A stretch of 64,000 bases of DNA from contig JBFIHX010000005.1 in the NCBI GenBank assembly GCA_041601615.1, positions 1 to 64,000 on the forward strand. The letters are read 5' to 3'. Below are positions 37,398-45,472 of the stretch, in pieces; position 1 is the stretch's first letter, and every line of letters starts with the position of its first letter. Source of the DNA: Thermoplasmatota archaeon (lineage in GTDB: Archaea; Thermoplasmatota; E2; JACPAO01; JAHFTW01). The translations under genes were made by a program, and so were the position numbers. A model generated the notes under the pieces. The model did not search any database and was not told the DNA's origin. It worked only from the letters and a program-made list of their open reading frames with translations.

Positions 37398-39689
37398 CTA
37401 GCGGCGGCGTGCGATGAGTGCGGCTGCGAGAAGTGCTAGTCCTACGAGGAGTGCGCCGGCGCCGGGGCTGTCTTTGGCGGCGGTCTCAGGGGTCGGGGCG
37501 GTGGTTTTCTCCGCCACGAACAGGCCTTGTTCTCCGTACAGGGGGTCGTAGCTGTAGGTGGGGATGAACGGCGTGTCGATGCTGGTCCATTCGACGTTTC
37601 CGCCGAGGCTGTTCATGACGAACCAGTAGGTCAGGGCACTCACAGAGTAGCCGCTGAGGCCGTAGCGGTGGTCGTTGCCTTGGAAGGGCACGGGGAGGGC
37701 GCCGCCGATGAGGTCGATGCTGCCGGAGCCGAGCGGGGTGGTGCCGAGGCTGGCCATTTCGCCTTCCCTGGTGGTCTTGCAGGGTGGTGCGACGTCGGGG
37801 TGGTAGTCCGAGGCGGTTCCGGCGCTGTTGGTGGTGCCGATAACGTGGCCGCCGGCGGTCTCAAAGAGCGGCCGGGAGACGCCCCATTCGGGGTAGTTGC
37901 GGGGAATGGAGTAGCCGACGGCGGTTGCTTCTCCGGTGACCCGGGCGGCCCAGGTTACGCCGTCGAGGAGGGCGTGGTCGGGGTCTTCGATTTCGCTGTG
38001 GCCGACGTACACGCATTGTTGCATGACGGCGTCCGAGGTGATGCCACTCCAGTCGAGGAATCGAATGGCGCTGTCGGTTAAGAGGAGGTGTCCGCCGCCT
38101 TCGACCCAGGTCTTGATGGCTTCGATTTGGTCGGGAAACAGGCTGTCGAGGATTTGGTTGGTGATGACGAGGTGTTCGTATCCGGCCAGGTCGATCGCGG
38201 CGAAGGTGGCTGCGTCCAGTGCTTCGATGGGGTCCTTGCTGAAGGGGGCTAGGTCGCGCCAGAAGTCTACGTTGCTCACGTCGTAGGCGACTTGGTCGAA
38301 TTCGAAGCGGGCCTCCACGGGGTCGAAGCTGCGTCCTACGGCGCTTTGGTAGGGGTTGGGGTTGTTGTCGCTGGTGACGCGGACGCCGTCGTCGAGGTAG
38401 GCCACGGGGCCGGTGCCTGCGAGCATGGGCGTGTCGAGGCGGCCGGCCATCTGCATTTGGGCGCGGACGATTTCGCGCACGCCGGCGACGTGCATGTCTT
38501 CGAGTTTGCCAATCCAGTGGTTGTCGGGGACGGCGTGGCTGTAGGCGAATTCGGTGATGGTGCCGACGGCGCCCATGCCGCCGGTGGGGCTGCGGGGGCT
38601 CATCATGAGGTAGTCGCTGGTGAATCCGGTGTCGGTGTAGCCAATCATGTCCCAACGGGCGCCCCACTCGAAGGCGCGTCTGTGGGCGGCTTCGGGGGTG
38701 GTGCATTGTTGCCCGAGTGGGCCATCGACGCATTGCTCGGGGATGATTCCGGCGCTGGCGACGAGGTCGGTCATGGTCGCGCCGGCTTGCCATTCGGCGA
38801 ACGCGGGGTTTGCCTCAACGTTGGCTTGGATCTTGTTGAGTTGGTCCACCACGAGCACCATGCGGCGGAAGTCGTAGTCCTGGTTGGGGATGATCGAGCG
38901 CATCATGTTGGGGCTGTTGATCATGCCGTGCAGGTCGGTGCCGCTGACGAGGTTGCTGTGGTTGCCGCTGAAGCGCAATTCGTTGACGACGGCGCGGCTT
39001 TCGGGCTCGTTCATCGGGTTGTGGGATGGAAGGATCCAGCCGGGGGTGGGAAATTGGCGGTTGAGGTCGACGCCGAGGGCATTTTCGCGGTCGAAGCCGG
39101 AGCAGTAGCCGACGGCAGGGCCGCCGACGAGGGGCACGACGCCGCGCTCGCACTCGTGCACGGCCTCGATGGAATCGCTGGAGAAGAAGTCCCCCGTGGC
39201 CCAGGAGTCGGGGTTGGGAAACCAGACGTTGAGGATAACGTGGTCTAGGAGCGGGGTTAGTTCTGCGCCGTAGGGTCCGATGCCGGCGGCTAGGTCTTCC
39301 AGGACGCGCACCATGCCTTCGCGGCCAGCGGGTTCGTTGGCGTGGATGCTGGCCGAGTAGCCGACCTGGAGTTTCTGGTCGCGGGGCACCGGGCTCTTCT
39401 CGTTGGTGACCTCCACGAAGTAGATGGGGCGTCCTAGGACCGATTCGCCGATGACGGAGAGTTCGATTTTGTCCGGGAAGGTTGCTTCGAGGTACTTCAG
39501 GCCGTCCACGAATTGGTCAAACTGGACGAAGAAGGTCGATTCCAGGGGCTCGCAAAAGTAGCGCGGCTCCGAGATGGTGGCACCGGTCACCATGTTCGTG
39601 GCGCACACCACGTCGTCTGCGCCCTGCGCCTGTACCGGCATGGCGTTCAATGTCATCAGGAGCACAAGTGCCCCGGCGGCCCACTTCAT
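37398..39689 (-). CDS. M14 zinc carboxypeptidase, secreted, with PGF-CTERM-like anchor
   Basis: IGESVLGRPI, IHANE, NPD, REN..GVDLNR and DLHG motifs; C-terminal SPG + TM + RRR. Confidence 0.88.
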   Translation of the reverse strand: MKWAAGALVLLMTLNAMPVQAQGADDVVCATNMVTGATISEPRYFCEPLESTFFVQFDQFVDGLKYLEATFPDKIELSVIGESVLGRPIYFVEVTNEKSPVPRDQKLQVGYSASIHANEPAGREGMVRVLEDLAAGIGPYGAELTPLLDHVILNVWFPNPDSWATGDFFSSDSIEAVHECERGVVPLVGGPAVGYCSGFDRENALGVDLNRQFPTPGWILPSHNPMNEPESRAVVNELRFSGNHSNLVSGTDLHGMINSPNMMRSIIPNQDYDFRRMVLVVDQLNKIQANVEANPAFAEWQAGATMTDLVASAGIIPEQCVDGPLGQQCTTPEAAHRRAFEWGARWDMIGYTDTGFTSDYLMMSPRSPTGGMGAVGTITEFAYSHAVPDNHWIGKLEDMHVAGVREIVRAQMQMAGRLDTPMLAGTGPVAYLDDGVRVTSDNNPNPYQSAVGRSFDPVEARFEFDQVAYDVSNVDFWRDLAPFSKDPIEALDAATFAAIDLAGYEHLVITNQILDSLFPDQIEAIKTWVEGGGHLLLTDSAIRFLDWSGITSDAVMQQCVYVGHSEIEDPDHALLDGVTWAARVTGEATAVGYSIPRNYPEWGVSRPLFETAGGHVIGTTNSAGTASDYHPDVAPPCKTTREGEMASLGTTPLGSGSIDLIGGALPVPFQGNDHRYGLSGYSVSALTYWFVMNSLGGNVEWTSIDTPFIPTYSYDPLYGEQGLFVAEKTTAPTPETAAKDSPGAGALLVGLALLAAALIARRR

Positions 39690-39714
39690 GCAGGAGCATC
39701 AGGAGGCGGGGGTC

Positions 39715-40365
39715 TTACGGCTTGTGGCGCCAGTTTCGCACTGCTTCCAGGAGTTCCTGGGCGTCCGCGACTAGCACATCCGCTCCCGTCGGCGGTGCTC
39801 CCCAGGTCCATCCGCTGCCCCATCGGACGCCAATGGTCCATGCCCCAGCGGCTCGTCCCGCATCCACGTCGTAGCTCGTGTCGCCCACCATGACTGCCGA
39901 GTCTGGGCGCCGTCCTAAGCGGCCGCAGGCGGCAACCACGGGCGCGGGGTCCGGTTTGAGCGGTCGCACGTCGTCGTCGCCTACGATGGTGTCCCATAGG
40001 TCCGTGGCGCCGATGTTCTCCATGAGTCGGTGTGCTTCCTCCTCGCCCTTGGTGGTGACAATCGCAGTTTGCATTCCTTCAGCACGCAGCGTTTCGACCG
40101 CAGCTTGCACGCCTGGGTACCACTTGACAAGCCGCCAGGCCTCTTCGACGTAGTGTTCGCGGAAGGCATCCACCATGCGTTCAATCAGGAGCGCGTCCTG
40201 GGTGCGGGTGCGCAAAATATCGCGCAAGGGCATGCCAATCAGCACTTCCTCGGGCTTGAATCGCTCGAAGCCGCCCGCGTCCACGGCGCAATCGATGCTG
40301 GCACGGATGCTGCCGCCGGGATCCAGAAGGGTACCGTCCAAGTCAAAGCAGGCCACGTCGCGCAC
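39715..40365 (-). CDS. HAD-superfamily hydrolase (phosphoglycolate phosphatase-like)
   Basis: FDLDGTL, VTTK, KPDP and VGDT..D motifs; start uncertain. Confidence 0.88.
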   Translation of the reverse strand: MRDVACFDLDGTLLDPGGSIRASIDCAVDAGGFERFKPEEVLIGMPLRDILRTRTQDALLIERMVDAFREHYVEEAWRLVKWYPGVQAAVETLRAEGMQTAIVTTKGEEEAHRLMENIGATDLWDTIVGDDDVRPLKPDPAPVVAACGRLGRRPDSAVMVGDTSYDVDAGRAAGAWTIGVRWGSGWTWGAPPTGADVLVADAQELLEAVRNWRHKP

Positions 40366-40530
40366 AGGCGCGGGAAGGGGAAGGGGGAGAAAGCGTGTTG
40401 GAACTACCCAGGGCAGAAGGCCACCGGCCACGGCCCACATCGCCGCAAGGGTAGATGCAAGATGGAAGTGTTGGATATGGACGGTCCATAGCGATACCCG
40501 TTTTTGTACGACTCCTGCGTCGGCGCATCC

Positions 40531-41427
40531 GTGCCCCAAAGCACTCCCGTTCGCGCCCGCGCCCTCGATGGCAAGGCGCTCGCCAAGCGCATCCGCACGG
40601 AACTCAAAGACGAGGTCACGGAACTTCGCGCGCGCTTTGGCAAATCACCCTGCCTAGTGGTCATTCTCGTGGGCGACGACCCCGGGAGCGCCGTGTATGT
40701 GGGCAACAAAGAGAAAGCCTGCAAGGCCGCCGGCATCGAGGGACGCACCATTCGCTTGCCAGCAACGACCAGCGAGGACGAGCTGGTGGGCTTGCTCGAA
40801 AAACTGGACCGCGACGCAGATGTCAATGGCATCCTCGTGCAGCTTCCCCTCCCTGCCGGCATCGACAAGGGCCGCGTCCTTCGCAAAATCGTCCCCTACA
40901 AGGACGTGGATGCGTTCCATCCTGAAAACGTCGGACACGCGCTCATTGGCGACGAAACCCTCGCTCCCTGCACGCCGCAAGGCATCCTCCTCTTGCTCGA
41001 CGAAGCGGGCATCGAGCTTTCCGGCGCCGAAGTCTGCATCGTTAACCACAGCAACATCGTCGGCAAACCACTTGCGGCCATGTGCATCAACCGCGACGCT
41101 ACCGTCACCGTCTGCCACTCCCACACACGCGACGTGCGCGCCCACACAAGCACCGCCGACGTAGTCGTCACCGGCACCGGAGGCCACCGACGCCTCACCG
41201 CAGACGACATCAAACCCGGCGCCATTGTCGTGGACGTCAGCATGTGCCGCGACGAAGACGGCGGACTCCACGGCGACCACACGCCGGACGTCTGGAACAA
41301 GGCCGCATGGGTCACACCCGTCCCGGGCGGCGTGGGCCCTATGACCATCGCGGTGCTGCTGCTCAACACCGTGCGCAGCTTCAAGCGAAAAATGGGTGTG
41401 CTTGCCTCGCCGCCCGCCGCAACCTAG
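40531..41427 (+). CDS. folD: Bifunctional methylene-THF dehydrogenase/cyclohydrolase
   Basis: YVGNK, GILVQLPLP, KDVD.FHP.N, PCTP and TPVPGGVGPMT motifs. Confidence 0.95.
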   Translation: MPQSTPVRARALDGKALAKRIRTELKDEVTELRARFGKSPCLVVILVGDDPGSAVYVGNKEKACKAAGIEGRTIRLPATTSEDELVGLLEKLDRDADVNGILVQLPLPAGIDKGRVLRKIVPYKDVDAFHPENVGHALIGDETLAPCTPQGILLLLDEAGIELSGAEVCIVNHSNIVGKPLAAMCINRDATVTVCHSHTRDVRAHTSTADVVVTGTGGHRRLTADDIKPGAIVVDVSMCRDEDGGLHGDHTPDVWNKAAWVTPVPGGVGPMTIAVLLLNTVRSFKRKMGVLASPPAAT

Positions 41428-41453
41428 CGCCGCACGGACAAAGGTTCAGGGGA

Positions 41454-41711
41454 CTACGCCAAGAGCGAATCGAGGCCGCCGGCCGCATCCAATGCGTGCA
41501 AGTCGTCGTTGCCGCCCACATGTGTGTCGCCCACAAAGATCTGCGGCACCGTCATCCGGCCGCCACTACGCGCCACCATCTCATCGCGAGCACCATCGAC
41601 CTCTTCGATGTTGATCTCCGTGACCGAAGCTCCCTTGCGGGCAAGCAATGACTTGGCGCGGACGCAATACGGACACCATGAGGTGGTGTACATAGTGACT
41701 TGATTCATCAC
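41454..41711 (-). CDS. grxC: Glutaredoxin 3-like
   Basis: CPYC, TVPQIF, HVGG.DDL..LD..G.LD.LL. Confidence 0.92.
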   Translation of the reverse strand: MMNQVTMYTTSWCPYCVRAKSLLARKGASVTEINIEEVDGARDEMVARSGGRMTVPQIFVGDTHVGGNDDLHALDAAGGLDSLLA

Positions 41712-41864
41712 GTCCCTTCGAGTCGCCGACTGTCATAACCTTTGGCGAGCGAGCAGAAGCAAGCAGGAAGCAAGCAGACCGCTGCACCACTGCCACCCTG
41801 CCACACAAAAACGCTGCCGGCAGAAACCCTAAGAGCCCCCGCCAAAATCGTCGGCCCGAACACC

Positions 41865-42632
41865 ATGCAGAAGGTACTCCTCCTCGCCGCTGCGCTTCTT
41901 ACCGTTGCGCTCGCCGGCTGCTCCGACGAATTGCCCACTGGCGAATTCAGCTACCAGGGCCACGCCATCGCCGTCGCAGGCACCGCAACCAACGCCTACA
42001 CCGCTTTCAACAACCCCCTCAGCGCCGGCGGCCAGAGCACCGACTGCCAACAAGACATGCTCCCGGCCGGCGTGGGCGACGACCAAAAGTGCACCCAGCC
42101 CGAGACCACGATCCAAATCGTCCTCGCGCAACTGCCCGACCCCCAAGGTAAGAGCTTCAGCGCCTTCCTCGTCGACAGCACCGGCACCGAAGCCGACAAG
42201 TTGCTCGGCACCCTCGCCGCCGGCGCCGGCGGCTCCTACGGCCTCAACTTCACCGAAGCCATGGACTACTCCACCGGCCACTCCCTCGACCGCATCGAAA
42301 TCCGCCTCGACTCCGCCAACGCCGTCGTCGTTGGCTACGCCAGCTCCAACGAAGGCAGCCAAGACTTCATGGTCAACGAAGCCACCATCACCGGCATCGA
42401 CTTCGACGCCACCTGGAAGGGCAAGGCTCTGACGCTCACCGTCAGCGGCCTCAACAGCACCTACTCCTACGAAGGCTGGCTCGTTTCCGAGGACGGCACC
42501 CACTCCGAGAACTTCCCCGTCTCCAATGGCGTAACGGAACACGACGCCGAAGCCAACATCAACACCTACAGCGCCTTCCACATCCATGTGGCCGGCACCA
42601 AGGTGAACGTTGGCGTGGCCACCATCAGCTAG
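41865..42632 (+). CDS. Hypothetical lipoprotein
   Basis: LAGCS lipobox; beta-rich mature region; strong C-ending codon bias. Confidence 0.8.
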   Translation: MQKVLLLAAALLTVALAGCSDELPTGEFSYQGHAIAVAGTATNAYTAFNNPLSAGGQSTDCQQDMLPAGVGDDQKCTQPETTIQIVLAQLPDPQGKSFSAFLVDSTGTEADKLLGTLAAGAGGSYGLNFTEAMDYSTGHSLDRIEIRLDSANAVVVGYASSNEGSQDFMVNEATITGIDFDATWKGKALTLTVSGLNSTYSYEGWLVSEDGTHSENFPVSNGVTEHDAEANINTYSAFHIHVAGTKVNVGVATIS

Positions 42633-42645
42633 GTCGCAATCGGAC

Positions 42646-42735
42646 CCTTTTCCCTTCCCTTTCCTTTCCCTCCCGCCTTGGTTTAGGTTTCCATTTCCCC
42701 ATTTCTCGTTCCCATTTTTGCTCCCTTTCGTCCTC
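42646..42735 (+). terminator. Polypyrimidine tract, probable archaeal terminator
   Basis: About 90 nt mostly C/T, immediately after the lipoprotein stop codon. Confidence 0.5.
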
Positions 42736-42800
42736 CGCGTGGCCCCCTTGCACGCAATCATGGCCAGCTCAATTAGGGGGTCTTGGTCCAAGTGGGGGCA

Positions 42801-43748
42801 ATGTTAGAATCTCGAACCTCGGTCGATGGCCTCAAGTCCGGTGCTTTATCCTGCCATTTGGTGCCAATCTACGAGGCCTGGGGGCTGAGCTTTTCCTCAT
42901 CCGAATCATTGCCCGGGATGCGGCTTGGCAAAGGCACGCCCGAGTTGACCATCCATGCCGGAGCAGTTCCCGCGTCCCTGGGCCCGGGAGCCACGGTGGG
43001 CCGCGACTTTGAAGCAACTTCCAGTGCCTACTTGTTTCGAATCCCCGAGGTGGCAGATTTTCTCGTCGAGAGAGACGCGGGAATCACCTACGCCCCTGCC
43101 CCCGGCGTCGAGGAAGGTGTCGTGGAACTGTTTCTGTTTGGCTCCGCCATGGGTGCCCTTCTACACTTGCGAGGCATTCTGCCCCTGCATGCAAGCGCCG
43201 TCGAAATCAACGGCAAAGCGGTCCTGTTTACTGGAGATTCAGGGGCCGGAAAATCGACCACGGCCTACGCCTTTGGCCTCGCAGGCTGCCCCATCCTCTC
43301 CGACGACGTGGCCGGCATCCACCTCATTGACGGCCACGCAACCGTCGTGCCCGGCTTAGAGCGCCTCAAACTCTGGAACCATGCCCTCTCGGGACTGGGC
43401 AAAGCCGAAGAGGCAAAGGAGCCCGTTCCGTCGGTTTTGGACAAATTCTTCGTCGGGCGGCCCCTGGGAGCCAGCGGTCCTGCCCCCGTAGATTGCATGT
43501 ATGTCCTCCAAAGCCGGCCAGAACCGGGAATTCTCATCGAGGACCTGCAAGGCGCCGAGAAATTCATGGCCCTGCAACGCAATGTCTACCGGCCGGCATT
43601 CATGGATGCCATCGGCAGCCACGGAGCATCCTTTGGAGTTCTTGCAACGATGGCGCAAAACCATCCCATCAAGCGACTCTCCCGACCCGAAGACGGCTTC
43701 AGCATCGACGAGGTCGTGGCTGCCGTGCGCCAGGATCTTCGCGAGTAA
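42801..43748 (+). CDS. HPr-kinase-like lasso peptide kinase (PadeK/ThcoK-like)
   Basis: LHASAV..NGKAVLFTGDSGAGKST and LSDD motifs; next to the RRE and B2 genes; start uncertain. Confidence 0.85.
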   Translation: MLESRTSVDGLKSGALSCHLVPIYEAWGLSFSSSESLPGMRLGKGTPELTIHAGAVPASLGPGATVGRDFEATSSAYLFRIPEVADFLVERDAGITYAPAPGVEEGVVELFLFGSAMGALLHLRGILPLHASAVEINGKAVLFTGDSGAGKSTTAYAFGLAGCPILSDDVAGIHLIDGHATVVPGLERLKLWNHALSGLGKAEEAKEPVPSVLDKFFVGRPLGASGPAPVDCMYVLQSRPEPGILIEDLQGAEKFMALQRNVYRPAFMDAIGSHGASFGVLATMAQNHPIKRLSRPEDGFSIDEVVAAVRQDLRE

Positions 43749-43845
43749 GGATGGCGCAAGGCGTGCGTGCTGATTGTCTTGCTTGGCGCAACCGTTCCCC
43801 GCTCCCTGCGCAGGCGTTAAGCAAGGAAGCCCCACTGGGTGATTT

Positions 43846-44127
43846 GTGAGCATAATGGCTGGCACTGCTCGTCGCGCCCCCGATGTGCTGTCTGCACCCG
43901 TCGGCGACGAAGTCATCTTGTTGCACAGCCCAACGGGCCAATACTTCTCGATGGATGAAATTGGTCGCGCAATCTGGGACCGACTGGGGACGGAGCCATG
44001 CAATTTGGAGCAACTCTGCAAGGACCTGCAACGGGAATTTGACGTGGACGCGAAGACGTGCCGAAACGACGTGGAAGCGTTTCTAGAATCCCTGCACGCG
44101 GCCGATTTCATCGTGGTCGAGTCTTGA
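43846..44127 (+). CDS. PqqD-family RiPP recognition element (lasso B1)
   Basis: VGDEVILL....GQYFSMDEIGRAIW..L...L..EFDVD...C..DV..FL..L. Confidence 0.92.
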   Translation: MSIMAGTARRAPDVLSAPVGDEVILLHSPTGQYFSMDEIGRAIWDRLGTEPCNLEQLCKDLQREFDVDAKTCRNDVEAFLESLHAADFIVVES

Positions 44128-44603
44128 TGGGGCCCTGGCGCCGGTACCGGCGGCTCTCCGTGGAGCGGAAGCGGCTACTGCGTCGAGCGCTCAGAGCCGT
44201 CTTGGTCGCATCGCTTCAAGTGCGCTTAGAGGGGTACCCAAAGTGCATGAGGCACCTAGGCACAGCGGGGCCTCCCACGGACCCATCCGGTCAAACCCAT
44301 GCGCAGGCACACGAGGTTCGGTGGGCCGTGCGACGTGTTCGAGACGCTCTGCCTTGGACCGTGACTTGTCTGATGGAAGCAATTGCCGCCCAGAATCTGC
44401 TTTCGGGTGTCGAATGCGTCACCATCGTGGGCGCCAAAAGGGGCTCAAAACTGGAGATCCATGCTTGGCTCATACAGGGAACGCTGCAAGTGACGGGTTG
44501 GCCCATTCAAGCTGAATTTGCGCCCATTGCTGCCTATCGATGGCAACGAGCTGGCGCCGCGACGGACGGCCCGAGCCGCCAAAACGGGGGCGTCAAGCAA
44601 TGA
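44127..44603 (+). CDS. Lasso peptide leader peptidase (B2, transglutaminase-like)
   Basis: PWTVTCL..AIA and IHAWL Cys/His motifs; overlaps the B1 stop codon. Confidence 0.9.
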   Translation: MGPWRRYRRLSVERKRLLRRALRAVLVASLQVRLEGYPKCMRHLGTAGPPTDPSGQTHAQAHEVRWAVRRVRDALPWTVTCLMEAIAAQNLLSGVECVTIVGAKRGSKLEIHAWLIQGTLQVTGWPIQAEFAPIAAYRWQRAGAATDGPSRQNGGVKQ

Positions 44604-45247
44604 AATTCACCATTCGACCGGCCGTGGCCGAGGACATTCCCGACATCGCAGCCCTCTCTCGGGCAACGCTTCCGTACTTGTCGAGCAATCAGAAGGGGGT
44701 CGAATCCTCGGAAAGCGCCCACTGCCGCATCCTGAAAACCCCGGGAAGCATTGTCCTCGTCGCGGAAACGGACGGGACCATCACGGGTTTCATGGCCGGC
44801 TATGGTTCACGCGCAAGCCAAGTTGCGGCCTATGGCGAGGCTCAACCGCCTCCGCTAAGCTTGCCTCCAGCGCTCTCGGCACGCCCCTTGGCCTTCGCAA
44901 AATACTGGAAACGGCGACTCCAGACGCGCTTGCGTCGGATTCGACATCGAACGTGCGCGCACATCTGCGAGGCGGCAGTAGATCCGTCGGTGCGCGGGGG
45001 CAGAACCAGCATCGCCCTTTTTCATGCTTGGAAGGATAAGGCCTGGCAACAAGGCAGTCGGGGCATTCATTGTCGCTGCATCGAAAGCAAGGCCCCGGGA
45101 GCCTTCCACATTTTGTTGCACCTCGGCTTTGTGGTGCAAGGCGTGCGCCATCTGGGCGACTCTGAGTTGACGACGCTTACATTGCATCGTGATCCCAGAG
45201 CGAAATCCACTCCGCCAAGGCGAAAAGAAGGTGTGGGTAGAGAATAA
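44600..45247 (+). CDS. GNAT acetyltransferase in the lasso cluster
   Basis: IRPA...DI..I, G.ITGF, AVDPSVRGG and LGF motifs; ATGA-coupled to B2. Confidence 0.75.
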   Translation: MKFTIRPAVAEDIPDIAALSRATLPYLSSNQKGVESSESAHCRILKTPGSIVLVAETDGTITGFMAGYGSRASQVAAYGEAQPPPLSLPPALSARPLAFAKYWKRRLQTRLRRIRHRTCAHICEAAVDPSVRGGRTSIALFHAWKDKAWQQGSRGIHCRCIESKAPGAFHILLHLGFVVQGVRHLGDSELTTLTLHRDPRAKSTPPRRKEGVGRE

Positions 45248-45264
45248 AGTGCTTTAAGCACTTT
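45246..45264. terminator. Perfect 9-1-9 palindrome AAAGTGCTT-T-AAGCACTTT between the convergent halves of the cluster
   Basis: Inverted repeat read directly; function (terminator or operator) is inferred. Confidence 0.45.
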
Positions 45265-45328
45265 CAAGGAGTCTGAAACGTCACATTGTTGGTGGTTTCA
45301 TGGTGGGTCTGAGACAATCCTCCACAAA

Positions 45329-45448
45329 TTAGGAGGGGGTGTACTTGTAGGTGCCTTCCACATCTGGGTCAGCGCCACCAAGCGGCGCAAGCTTACCCTC
45401 CATTCGAAGTTGCGGGGCTTTCCAGGGTCGGTTTTGGATTGGATCCAT
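45329..45448 (-). CDS. Lasso peptide precursor, 39 aa (not in the ORF track)
   Basis: Hand translation MDPIQNRPWKAPQLRMEGKLAPLGGADPDVEGTYKYTPS*; WxxPxL leader motif, Gly-starting core with Glu at position 8, C-terminal Ser; starts 24 bp after the cyclase stop. Confidence 0.88.
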   Translation of the reverse strand: MDPIQNRPWKAPQLRMEGKLAPLGGADPDVEGTYKYTPS

Positions 45449-45472
45449 ACTATGGCTAATATGGATGCTCTT

